A stretch of 64,000 bases of DNA from NCBI GenBank assembly GCA_965223825.1, contig OZ245018.1, positions 1,939,792-2,003,791 on the forward strand, read 5' to 3'. The position numbers and the translations under genes are program-made. A model generated the notes under the pieces. That model saw only the letters and a list, made by a program, of their open reading frames with translations, had not been told where the DNA came from and ran no database searches. Source of the DNA: Gammaproteobacteria bacterium (GTDB lineage Bacteria > Pseudomonadota > Gammaproteobacteria > CAJXQU01). Of the stretch, positions 9,012 through 18,278 are shown piece by piece; position 1 is the stretch's first letter; each line of letters opens with the position of its first letter.

Positions 9012-11129
9012 TCACAAATCCACTGTTTCTCGGCTGATTAATGACACCGAAACTTGTACACCTTTCTCCGTATTATCAATAGACAGTGTACCACCGTGAA
9101 ACTCCGAAATTTGCTGCGCAATGTACAAACCAATGCCCAAATGGGGAACTTGATGCAGGCTTAACCGTGCTTTTTTATCGGCTGTGACTTCGCCCGTTTT
9201 TGGTAAATTGAAAGCTGGTCCAGAATTGTCGATCGTAATCAGAAATCGTGAGTTGATTTCATCGTCTTCCACGCGTAACACGATCTTGATCGGTGTCTCT
9301 TTTTGGGCATATTCCACCGCATTGGAAACTAATTTATCCAGCATTTGCACTAAAAGATCGGGCACTCCGATGAAGGAATACCGTTCTGAACCCTTAATGG
9401 TGCCATGTCTTTCAGCATTAAATTCAAACGGCACGCTAGGATAAGCATTACGATAGCCTTTAACACATTGATCGAGCAATTGGTCGAGTTCAATCACGGA
9501 ATAATCAGCGCTGCGTAGCGCTTGATCAAGATGTGCCGCCTCACTTAAACGAACGGTTAAACGTTGTAAACGCGCGATACCTTCTCGTGCGCGCGTGAGA
9601 TAAACCAACCGCTCATCCCCTTCTGCATTAGCAAGATTTTCCAGTGATGACTGCACAACAGCCATCGGCGTTTGTAGCTCGTGCGAAAGTTTTCCAGCCA
9701 AGCTTTCCAAATAATCATGGTGCTCAGACAAACGTTTTAACATTAATGAATATTGTTGCGAAAGATCGCCGAGCTCATCTGCCCACGGCTTACCCACTTC
9801 GGTTTCCACCACACGTCCGTTGATATCGATCGCGGCATTAGCATCACGGCTCAACCGTCGAATTCGACGAGACAAACTGGCCGAAAATATTAACAACAGC
9901 AACGTCACAAAAACAAAAACCAACAAGGTGCGTGTGAATAAATTCGCTAGGGCCTGACGTTGTACCATTTGCAAATTACCCGTGGTTTCTTCAACGATTA
10001 CAGCACCGATTATATTCTCACCGAATCGTATCGGTTGTGCTGCGGAGACAATCGCAGCCTCTTCATCCGATGATGAGCGCCAGCGTAATGCAGCTTTTCC
10101 TGATAATGCTTGCAACACTTCCTGCCCCTGCAAACGGGATGCGCCTTGTAATTCATCACGAAAACGATCATTCACCGACGGGAGGATTAAACGATAAAAA
10201 CGATTCACGAATTGACGGCGATCAGGATTTCGCAAAGAGCCACGCGTCGCCAACACATTACCCACTTGATCCAACACCCAAATACGACGACCCGGTGACA
10301 AGCTCAGTGCGTGTAAATGCGCATTGAGCTGATCAGAACTGCTGACTAAATGGTTCAATAATTGAGGCTGCTCAGGATCAAAACTCTCGATCACGTCAAT
10401 CTTAGTCGCCTTATTCGGTTGAAGTCGCACGTCGACATCGTGAATAATGAAACCTAAATCCTCAGCAAGCACATTCTCTGGCATGCGCAGCTCCACGCTA
10501 TAACCCTGGTCGTGCTCTTGCCAAAAACCATGTGCATTCGTCACTTTTCGGACAAATGGTCGTGGCTCCCAGATCGTCTCATCCCAGACCAAGCCTTGTT
10601 CGTAAATCCCGATTTGCCCCGGTGCCGCTGGCGCAAGCCACCAGTGCTGACGATCACCCTGTTCGTCGTGATAGATCAGTTCGATCTGATCACCTTGCAC
10701 CTCAAAAGGTTGATCGGGTGACTGATAGATAAGATTCTCGTCATTCACATAGAACAACAAATAACGCTCCTGATCGCGTTGCGCGATCAGGACTTTTACG
10801 GTGAGTTTTCCGTCTGCTGAAGAAAACACTTCGGCCCATTGCAACAGGCTATCCCAATCTTCGGTGTAACCATCTACTTGCACAACTTGACGCATTGGGT
10901 GAATAAACAAAGATCGCAAACTATTCGGTGACGCTTCGGGGAAAGAATCGGCCTTGCTAACGAGAAATCCGGCGGCCATGCTCGCATCGCCCGCGAGAGA
11001 AACTTCTAGCCCTTCGCGCAAAAACGACTCCATTTCACGCACATAATCATAGGCGACATAAGGCAAACTCAGGACAGCAATCGCGATCAGTACTAGTTGC
11101 CGTCGAATAGAAAAACGGTGTCGACTCAT
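9012..11129 (-). CDS. Sensor histidine kinase with large periplasmic sensing domain
   Basis: 705 aa; N-terminal TM, ~350-aa periplasmic region, second TM, HAMP-like, H-box SHELQTPMAVVQSSLENL, C-terminal HATPase (GIGLYIAQQISEFHGGTL). Confidence 0.85.
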   Translation of the reverse strand: MSRHRFSIRRQLVLIAIAVLSLPYVAYDYVREMESFLREGLEVSLAGDASMAAGFLVSKADSFPEASPNSLRSLFIHPMRQVVQVDGYTEDWDSLLQWAEVFSSADGKLTVKVLIAQRDQERYLLFYVNDENLIYQSPDQPFEVQGDQIELIYHDEQGDRQHWWLAPAAPGQIGIYEQGLVWDETIWEPRPFVRKVTNAHGFWQEHDQGYSVELRMPENVLAEDLGFIIHDVDVRLQPNKATKIDVIESFDPEQPQLLNHLVSSSDQLNAHLHALSLSPGRRIWVLDQVGNVLATRGSLRNPDRRQFVNRFYRLILPSVNDRFRDELQGASRLQGQEVLQALSGKAALRWRSSSDEEAAIVSAAQPIRFGENIIGAVIVEETTGNLQMVQRQALANLFTRTLLVFVFVTLLLLIFSASLSRRIRRLSRDANAAIDINGRVVETEVGKPWADELGDLSQQYSLMLKRLSEHHDYLESLAGKLSHELQTPMAVVQSSLENLANAEGDERLVYLTRAREGIARLQRLTVRLSEAAHLDQALRSADYSVIELDQLLDQCVKGYRNAYPSVPFEFNAERHGTIKGSERYSFIGVPDLLVQMLDKLVSNAVEYAQKETPIKIVLRVEDDEINSRFLITIDNSGPAFNLPKTGEVTADKKARLSLHQVPHLGIGLYIAQQISEFHGGTLSIDNTEKGVQVSVSLISRETVDL

Positions 11130-11836
11130 TGAGAACTGTGCGCCGGGCTATTCCAACGGTAACCCATGCCGTAAACCGTTTCGATACAATCAAAATTCGG
11201 ATCGAGTTGTTTGAATTTTTTACGGATTCGTTTGATGTGTGACGTGATCGTGCTGTCATCAACAAACACATTCGCGTCCTGCATGAGCTGATCGCGATGT
11301 TTTACGTGACCCGGATAACGCACCAAAGAGTGCACCACCCAAAACTCCGTCAAGGTCAGCGGGACTTTTTGATCAAGCCAAGTTGCGATCAATCGTTCAG
11401 AATCGATCACGAGCTGATCACACGTTAACAAGGCCGGTGTTTCGGTTTGTAATAACGCGTCAATACGCCGAAATAAGGCGTTTATACGCGCCAAAATTTG
11501 CGGCATGGTGATACTTTTGGTCAGGTAATCATCCGCACCGAGTCGTAGCCCGGAGATAGCGTCGTAATCAGATTCTTTCGCAGTGAGAAAGATGATCGGT
11601 AAACTGTTCGATTTACCGCGTAACATCTGACACAAGGTAAACCCCGCTTCGGCTTCGTCGCCCAAGCTAATATCCAAAATCACCAGATCCGGCAACTTTA
11701 CTGCAAACGCTTGTTCCGCGCTGGCTCTGCTAGCATAGGTCGAAATGTCATACCCCTGCTTTCGCAGATGCGCTGCATAGTTCTCACGCAAGGCTTCCTC
11801 ATCTTCAACAATCGCAATCCGTCGAGACATGCTCAC
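11126..11836 (-). CDS. OmpR-family response regulator (receiver + winged-helix)
   Basis: 236 aa; receiver Asp pocket IAIVEDEE...LVILDISLGDE; C-terminal wHTH (TLTEFWVVHSLVRYPGHVKHRDQL...VDDSTITSHIKRIRKKF); 4-bp ATGA overlap with kinase gene. Confidence 0.9.
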   Translation of the reverse strand: MSMSRRIAIVEDEEALRENYAAHLRKQGYDISTYASRASAEQAFAVKLPDLVILDISLGDEAEAGFTLCQMLRGKSNSLPIIFLTAKESDYDAISGLRLGADDYLTKSITMPQILARINALFRRIDALLQTETPALLTCDQLVIDSERLIATWLDQKVPLTLTEFWVVHSLVRYPGHVKHRDQLMQDANVFVDDSTITSHIKRIRKKFKQLDPNFDCIETVYGMGYRWNSPAHSSQ

Positions 11837-12392
11837 AACTCCATTTTAAATTCGCGCTATTCTCGCAATTTCCACCCATTCACTTTCGGCTTATTGTAGT
11901 AATTCAAACAGCGGTTAGCGAGAGTCATAAATGCACTGTAACGCATCCACCAACAAAACCGAATGCCACCGACATAAAGACGTTGAGATGCCTTCTTTTC
12001 GCCACAATTCAGCCCGACTTCGTCACAGAAGCACCCTCTGAACGACCGTTTTACTTGTTCAACTAAGCATCCACAAAGTATTACGGCCAACTTATGTCAA
12101 ACACAACGCCTTCTCTCGACTCCCTCCAACCCCTTGCCGCCAGTTCTTCTGGCGGCCTTCTTAAGCCGGATGATAAGCACAGTCACTCGCTTTCGCGCTG
12201 GTTACTGCGGGGCATTGCGCTATGTATTTTGCGCAGCGTTCTTCACGGTTTTGCTATCTCGATTAGCCTTTGCACGCTCATCTTTTTAATCTCATAATCA
12301 CCTCGTACCCAGCAACCTAACCCCATGAATGTCGATTAAACTTTTTTGCTTTTCTGTCGCTATAGCAATAAATCAAAATACACTTTAGAGGC

Positions 12393-13274
12393 TTGCCGAT
12401 GAATCCAGCGACAAACAGTTCAAATGCACCCGACACGAATCAGGGTTCTATTACGGTAATGACCTTATATATTGAAGACTCGATGTATGCCATTCCCATT
12501 GATAACGTTGTGAGCCTGAGTAAAGAGACCGATCACATCCAACCATTACCCATCAAAGCACCTGGTCTACTTGGTGTGAGCCATTTTCTCGGTTCCGTTG
12601 TGCCGGTGTTGGATGTTGCGAGTCGCATTGGCGTTAAATCAGGAACGGCATCCAAGCAAGAAATGATCGAAACACTGACGGCGCGTGAACAAGAACACGT
12701 TGAATGGCTCGATGCGCTGGAACGATCAATAAAAACAGGTGAGCGTTTTAGTAAAGCACGCGATCCGCATGAATGTGCTTTCGGCCAATGGTACGATAAT
12801 TTCGATTCACGAAATGAAGCGCTTCGCGAAATTTTCTCTCAATTTGACGCGCCGCATCGACAAATTCATAGCCTCGCCGATAAATTACTGAGTATGCGCG
12901 ATGCCGGTAATGAAGAAGCAGCGATCAAAGAATTAAATTTCCAACGATCAACCACACTTCGGCGTTTACGATCGCTCTTTAGCCATGCTCGATTACAACT
13001 ACAAGAACTAATGCGTCCAATTCTGTTATACGTGACACAAGACGGAAATAAACCCGCCTTCGCACTGTTGATAGACGAGGTGCATGATGCGCTGACGTAT
13101 GATCTTGCGAGTTGTCATAGTCCGGAAAAAGCCGGTTTTAATTTGTTACTCGGTCAAGATAAATTCATTAAAGGTGTTTTTTCTGATGCCCAACATCCTA
13201 AGTGTATTCTTTTAGATGTTGATAACATTCTCAAGCCTGAACACCTGCACGCCCTTTCAGAAGCCGCCGCATAA
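12393..13274 (+). CDS. CheW-like protein with a chemoreceptor zinc-binding (CZB) domain inserted into the CheW fold
   Basis: 293 aa; N-terminal CheW half (YAIPIDNVVSL...PGLLGVSHFLGSVVPVLDVASRIG), central CZB motifs HECAFGQW ... APHRQIHSL (Cx[F]Gx[W]...HxxxH), C-terminal CheW half (AFALLIDEVHDAL...ILLDVDNIL). Confidence 0.7.
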   Translation: MPMNPATNSSNAPDTNQGSITVMTLYIEDSMYAIPIDNVVSLSKETDHIQPLPIKAPGLLGVSHFLGSVVPVLDVASRIGVKSGTASKQEMIETLTAREQEHVEWLDALERSIKTGERFSKARDPHECAFGQWYDNFDSRNEALREIFSQFDAPHRQIHSLADKLLSMRDAGNEEAAIKELNFQRSTTLRRLRSLFSHARLQLQELMRPILLYVTQDGNKPAFALLIDEVHDALTYDLASCHSPEKAGFNLLLGQDKFIKGVFSDAQHPKCILLDVDNILKPEHLHALSEAAA

Positions 13275-13283
13275 ATCAATCAC

Positions 13284-13315
13284 CATATCCTGATCCGAAC
13301 GTGGATCAGGATATG
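13284..13315. promoter_or_regulatory. Perfect 13-bp-arm palindrome between cheW-CZB stop and trHb start (catatcctgatcc-gaacgt-ggatcaggatatg)
   Basis: Seen directly; no downstream T-run, so operator/attenuator/processing hairpin more likely than terminator. Confidence 0.4.
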
Positions 13316-13331
13316 CTAAAATGGCCGTCTT

Positions 13332-13730
13332 ATGAGCCAAGACAATCCCCTTTCCGCCTACCAAATTATAGGTGGCGATGACGGCGTTCGAGAACTCGTT
13401 GATCGCTTTTACGATTATATGGATACACTGCCGGAAACGGTGGGTATTCGCGCTCTTCACCCTAACGATTTACGCAGTGCACGTGAAAAACTCTATATGT
13501 TTTTTAGTGGCTGGATGGGCGGCCCTGATCGTTACATTGCGGCATTTGGCCACCCACGTTTACGTGCTCGACATTTACCATTCAAAATCGGCAAAAGTGA
13601 GCGTGATCAATGGATGTTATGCATGGAAAAAGCGCTCGCTGACATGATCGAAGTCGATGCCGCTTTCAAAGCGCAATTACTTTCATCGTTTAATCAAACA
13701 GCCACGTTTATGATCAACCAGGAAGAATGA
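13332..13730 (+). CDS. glbO: Truncated haemoglobin, group II (trHbO/YjbI-like)
   Basis: 132 aa; 2-on-2 globin motifs IGGDDGVRELVDRFYDYM, proximal His in FGHPRLRARHLPF, W in GWMGGPDRY. Confidence 0.85.
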   Translation: MSQDNPLSAYQIIGGDDGVRELVDRFYDYMDTLPETVGIRALHPNDLRSAREKLYMFFSGWMGGPDRYIAAFGHPRLRARHLPFKIGKSERDQWMLCMEKALADMIEVDAAFKAQLLSSFNQTATFMINQEE

Positions 13731-13842
13731 AAACCAAGTTTATTTTTTACCACGGTAAGACATCGGAAATTCGCCCCAAAAGCGGGTGGAAAATGCACCT
13801 AACTCTCTCGGTAAGCAACAACCTTTACTCAGACTAAACCGC

Positions 13843-14814
13843 TTAATGTCCTTTATGTGCACCCTCGTTTTTCAGCGCTTTCGCTTGTTCTACCCAATGC
13901 TCGCGTCTGATCGTGCCTTGACTGTTTAACTCAACATCAAACCGTTCGACATCTTTCTCATTCCACTTTGCGATATCACTAAAACGCGTCACACCGAGAC
14001 GACGTAGTACGCTCACATGCTCCTCAGCCAAGCCGCGAATTTTTTGTAAATCATCCTCTTTCTTACGCAAGAACTGATCGACAATAGACGGTTTCTTTTG
14101 ATTTTCTAACGAGGCCTTTAGCTGTGATATTTCGTTGTCTTTTTTCGCGATCTCATCGAATAATTCTTGCACACGATTTTGTAGACGGCCAATACGGCTA
14201 ATCGCTAACTCTGGATCCGTATTACCGCTCAATGCGGCTAATTGCAATGACTCGCCCGTTTGTGATTCAAGCTCTGCAATGCGCCGGTCGCGCTCAAGAA
14301 CACCCATGCGCGCTTGTTCAAACGCATTCTTTAAGACACGGCTTTGTTCTGTAATCTCATCTAGATCGCCTTCAAACCGACTTAGTTGAGATCGGATTTC
14401 GGTTAATTCTGTTTTCAATTTCGCGTTATCTTTCATTTGTGCATCGAGTGCATTGCGGGTCGTTTTCAGGGAATTATTAGCAATGTCACTTTCACGAGTC
14501 AGTGTTTGGATCTGCTGCTTACGCTCGTTGTAGCGCATATTCGCATTTTGTAATTCCTGTTGAATTCGTGACAAATCGGCCTCTTCCAAGTGGTTTTGAG
14601 CCTTTTCAGCCTCTAACTGTTCGCTTAACCGTATGCGTTGATCTCGCGTTGCATCCAACTCTTTTTGGATCGTATGCATGTGTCCCATTAGCGCTACTTC
14701 TGCATCTTCCAGTTTATGCTTCCAAGCTGATCGCGTGAATAACCATCCGCACAACCACGCTAATGCTGCAGTCGCCAACAGATAGAGTACGATTTCCCCT
14801 ATCAGATAATTCAT
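13843..14814 (-). CDS. N-terminally membrane-anchored long coiled-coil protein, hypothetical
   Basis: 323 aa; one N-terminal TM, ~230 aa of E/Q/R/L-rich coiled coil, conserved basic C-terminal tail; start abuts stop of upstream BON gene (14814/14816). Confidence 0.6.
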   Translation of the reverse strand: MNYLIGEIVLYLLATAALAWLCGWLFTRSAWKHKLEDAEVALMGHMHTIQKELDATRDQRIRLSEQLEAEKAQNHLEEADLSRIQQELQNANMRYNERKQQIQTLTRESDIANNSLKTTRNALDAQMKDNAKLKTELTEIRSQLSRFEGDLDEITEQSRVLKNAFEQARMGVLERDRRIAELESQTGESLQLAALSGNTDPELAISRIGRLQNRVQELFDEIAKKDNEISQLKASLENQKKPSIVDQFLRKKEDDLQKIRGLAEEHVSVLRRLGVTRFSDIAKWNEKDVERFDVELNSQGTIRREHWVEQAKALKNEGAHKGH

Positions 14815-14815
14815 T

Positions 14816-15556
14816 TCACTTTCTCCCCACCCTCAATTGCTTGTCCAACGTAAATTGCATTGGTAAGTTTGCAACGGCTTCATCAAAAGCCCGCTGAGCC
14901 TGCTCACCAGAGACAATACCTGACACACGAATCTGATTACCGATGTAAGCCAATTGCCCTTCTTCTACCCATTGTAGAAATGGGATCATCAAAGGCAAAT
15001 CCTGCAAGTACCATACCGGTTTTTCACTTAGTCTATCAACAGTTACGCTATATACATGATCTGTCGGTTCAAGCAACGAGGTAAACGTCTTCGCCAGATC
15101 ATTTTTAATTTTTCCCGTCGGCACAGTGCCATTAATTGCGACACCTAATCTATCCTTACTGACAAACAGATCAGATGAATACACTTCCGCTCGAGCACTA
15201 CTTTGAATGATTGTTTTTTCGGGTGAGGATGGGGATGGCGTATCAGCGATTACATTGCTTTCAACACTCAAGCGCTCTTGATGAAACGCGATCGTTCGTT
15301 GATAGATCACGCGCGCACCGTTGTTTTTTGCAATCAAGGCGGCTTCTTTGACGGAATCGGCAGGTCCCGTCAATAACATATCCAAGCCGCTCGTTTCGAC
15401 ACGAACAACGGATAGTTGTTCGTCAGCGAGTGCTCGAACAACCTTACCTTGAAGTCTGTCTTCCAGCTGTTGCGGCGCGTACTTGAGCGTTAGCCCCATC
15501 GCCAGCAACAGCAGAAGCAGACAAAACCACTTCACCAACTTACCTACCCCACCCAT
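14816..15556 (-). CDS. Membrane-anchored periplasmic protein with two BON-like domains, hypothetical
   Basis: 246 aa; N-terminal signal/anchor FCLLLLLLAMGL; BON-like segments (LSVVRVETSGLDMLLTGPADSVKEAALIAKNNGARVIYQ; IRVSGIVSGEQAQRAFDEAVANLP). Confidence 0.55.
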   Translation of the reverse strand: MGGVGKLVKWFCLLLLLLAMGLTLKYAPQQLEDRLQGKVVRALADEQLSVVRVETSGLDMLLTGPADSVKEAALIAKNNGARVIYQRTIAFHQERLSVESNVIADTPSPSSPEKTIIQSSARAEVYSSDLFVSKDRLGVAINGTVPTGKIKNDLAKTFTSLLEPTDHVYSVTVDRLSEKPVWYLQDLPLMIPFLQWVEEGQLAYIGNQIRVSGIVSGEQAQRAFDEAVANLPMQFTLDKQLRVGRK

Positions 15557-15668
15557 TTTAATCCTTCGACGCCAGAATTTTTACACAGCGACCATTATGA
15601 CGATAGTCAGGCAGAACCACGTAACAATTGTTCAAAGTTGCACGGGGCGTTCTCTGTGTTATTCATCC

Positions 15669-15878
15669 TTAAATACCCAAATACATGGTGATGACTTTTT
15701 TCAATGCGAAACCAAAAATACCGAGACCTAACCCGATAAAAAGCACCATTGTCCCAAATTTTCCTGCGCAAGATTCTTTCGCCAATCTGTAGATGATAAA
15801 CAGCATGAACAAACAAGTGGCGGTCAGACCCAAAGTCAGGGAAATCGATTCAAATTTTTCAATAAAAGCGGCGTCCAT
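15669..15878 (-). CDS. Possible small 2-TM membrane protein (69 aa)
   Basis: ORF with two clear hydrophobic helices, same strand and just upstream of BON gene; no homology I can name. Confidence 0.35.
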   Translation of the reverse strand: MDAAFIEKFESISLTLGLTATCLFMLFIIYRLAKESCAGKFGTMVLFIGLGLGIFGFALKKVITMYLGI

Positions 15879-15919
15879 TTGAGAACCTGATCACATTGAC
15901 AAGCCTATTAGACTACCAT

Positions 15920-16130
15920 AGAGTTGCGCCTGCTCGCGGTGCTTCGTTTAAAAATGAAGCGTTATGGGAAGTCGGTCTAAATCCGACGCTGCCCCCGCAA
16001 CGGTAGATGAGCATAGCCTGATTACAAAGCCACTGTGAAAACATGGGAAGGCGATCAGGCTGGAGAGTTCGCGATTTGTTAGCACACTCCACTCATAAGC
16101 CCGGAGACCGACCGAGAGCACAATAACCAG
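15920..16130 (+). promoter_or_regulatory. Cobalamin (B12) riboswitch in btuB leader
   Basis: Conserved elements readable: GGTGC..AA..GGGAAGTCGGTctAAATCCGACGCTGCCCCCGCAACGGTA ... B12 box AAGCCACTGTGAAAA..GGGAAGGCG; followed by expression platform and RBS GGGGAGA before TTG start of TonB receptor. Confidence 0.8.
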
Positions 16131-16270
16131 TCGCGGAGGGCGATGGATGGTCATGCTCAGAATCAACCGCCTGTCATGCCGCGATCACGTCTATCGTGTT
16201 CCACCATCAAACTCTCTGCTATCACCATTTCTTTGCTGTTCGGGTTGGAACGGTAACGGGGAGAATAAAA

Positions 16271-18217
16271 TTGAATAATATTACAGCAGGTTCATTTGCC
16301 CTGCTCACGACAGTTGGCCTGATCGCATCCGCGCAGGCAGAAAACATCCAGAACCTTGACGATGTATTAGTCACCGCATCTCGCGCACCGATTGCAAAAG
16401 ATCAAACCGGCTCATCGTATACCGTCATCACCGCAGAACAGATCGAGCAATCTCAACAAGTACAAGTGCATGAATTATTGCGAACTGTGCCCGGCATCGC
16501 AGTAAGTCGATCTGGTGGTATTGGATCGCAAACACAAATTCGTATGCGAGGCGCGGAGGCTGATCAGACATTAATTTTGATCGACGGCATCGAAGCAAAC
16601 GATCCTGGTCAAGGCTCTAGTTTTGATTTTGCGCATTTACTGACTGCCGATATTGAACGTATCGAAATCCTGCGTGGCCCACAAAGTGCGCTGTGGGGAA
16701 GTGATGCGATGGGTGGCGTGATCAATATCATTACTAAATCCGCGACCCGGAACCAGTTAAATGCCACGCTCGAAGCGGGAAGTTATTCTACAGTCCAGAA
16801 CACCATCAGTGGCAGTGTTGCTGGCGATCGCTACGGTATTGCCGTTAATGGTAATTTTCTACGCAGTGCTGGTATCAATGTCTCAGAGCAAGGCGATGAA
16901 GAGGATGGCTACCGGAATTCGACTTTGAATTTAAAAGCAAATTTCAACCCATTCGACAATCTTGATCTACTTTTTACCGCTCGCAAAAGCGCATCAGAAA
17001 AAGACTTCGATCCAACCTCGTTCATCACCTCCAAACCCGTGGATGGCGATCGCATCTCAGACGTTGATCAGTTTTATAGCCAATTTAATGCCGTATTGGA
17101 TACCTTAGATGGCCACTGGCAACACGTGTTCAACATCGCGTGGACCAAAACTGACAACGATAATTTTGCCGACGGTGTTGAAAACAGTTCAACCAATGGT
17201 GAAAAACGTAAAGTGAGTTATCAAAGCAATTTTTTCTTTGATACACCTTCATTTGCTGAGGCTGAACATACGTTAAGTCTCGCGCTGGAATACGAGCGTG
17301 AAGAATTTAAACAAACCGGCACCGCCAGCACATTCGGTAACCCAAACCAAGAACAGGATTTGAGTAACCGAGGCGTCATTGGTGAATACCGCATCAGCCT
17401 ACTCAAACAAATCCACGCATCTGCATCCATCAGACATGATAATAACGACGCATTTGATGATGCGACCACGTGGCGGACGAATATCGCGTGGGCAATTCCA
17501 AACACCGGTTCTACAGTACGTGCAGCTTATGGTACTGCTGTGAAAAATCCGTCATTCACGGAGCGGTTTGGTTTTACACCGGATACTTTCTTCGGTAACA
17601 CGAACCTCGAACCGGAAGAATCCAAAGGCTGGGAAATTGGTCTCGATCAATCTTTCTTGCAAGATCGCCTCACCGCCAGCGTGACATATTTTAAAGAGCG
17701 GTTAGAAAACGAAATTAACGGCTTCGTGTTTGATCCGACTCTCGGCACTTTTGGTGGTTTCACCGCACAAAACGTGCAAGGTGACAGCAAACGTCATGGT
17801 GTTGAACTGGCGCTAAACGCGATCATTTCTGACGCGCTCAGCATGAACGGCATGCTCACGTATGTTGACTCAACTCAGCCCGATGCTAATGGTGAGCAAA
17901 TCCGCGAGTTACGACGCCCTGAATACACTGCCGCGTTTGGGACGAATTATCGTTTTTTTCATAACAAAGCGAGCGTCAACCTCGATATCAGCTATACCGA
18001 CACGCAAAATGACAGTGACTTCAGCACATTTCCTGCAACACTCGTTACACTTGACGACTATGTGTTAGTGAATATTGCGACAGAATACGCGGTTCACCCT
18101 CGTGTGACCTTATTCGGCCGTATCGATAATCTCCTCGATGACGACTATCGCGATGTTTATGGTTACAACACAACGGGAATCGCCGGTTATGCGGGTTTTC
18201 GTGTTAGCTTGTATTAA
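16271..18217 (+). CDS. btuB: TonB-dependent outer-membrane receptor, cobalamin-type (BtuB-like)
   Basis: ORF 16196..18217; likely TTG start at 16271 after RBS GGGGAGA; signal peptide, TonB box region DVLVTASR, plug + 22-strand barrel, C-terminal aromatic YAGFRVSLY; riboswitch-controlled and followed by btuF/cobO. Confidence 0.85.
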   Translation: MNNITAGSFALLTTVGLIASAQAENIQNLDDVLVTASRAPIAKDQTGSSYTVITAEQIEQSQQVQVHELLRTVPGIAVSRSGGIGSQTQIRMRGAEADQTLILIDGIEANDPGQGSSFDFAHLLTADIERIEILRGPQSALWGSDAMGGVINIITKSATRNQLNATLEAGSYSTVQNTISGSVAGDRYGIAVNGNFLRSAGINVSEQGDEEDGYRNSTLNLKANFNPFDNLDLLFTARKSASEKDFDPTSFITSKPVDGDRISDVDQFYSQFNAVLDTLDGHWQHVFNIAWTKTDNDNFADGVENSSTNGEKRKVSYQSNFFFDTPSFAEAEHTLSLALEYEREEFKQTGTASTFGNPNQEQDLSNRGVIGEYRISLLKQIHASASIRHDNNDAFDDATTWRTNIAWAIPNTGSTVRAAYGTAVKNPSFTERFGFTPDTFFGNTNLEPEESKGWEIGLDQSFLQDRLTASVTYFKERLENEINGFVFDPTLGTFGGFTAQNVQGDSKRHGVELALNAIISDALSMNGMLTYVDSTQPDANGEQIRELRRPEYTAAFGTNYRFFHNKASVNLDISYTDTQNDSDFSTFPATLVTLDDYVLVNIATEYAVHPRVTLFGRIDNLLDDDYRDVYGYNTTGIAGYAGFRVSLY

Positions 18218-18278
18218 ATAGAAATAACCTGGCTGGGCGGGATTTTTTTGGGAGCATGATCCCGTCCAGTCTTAATTA

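Noticed and set aside
12094-12297. 67-aa plus-strand ORF in the 550-bp gap between the response regulator and cheW-CZB, together with 11857..12090 on the minus strand
   Set aside because: It has no RBS and low-complexity composition, and the two candidates overlap each other. It is more likely promoter or leader DNA for the divergent genes.
15948-16166. 72-aa minus-strand ORF
   Set aside because: It overlaps the cobalamin riboswitch on the opposite strand and has no RBS, so it is a spurious ORF.
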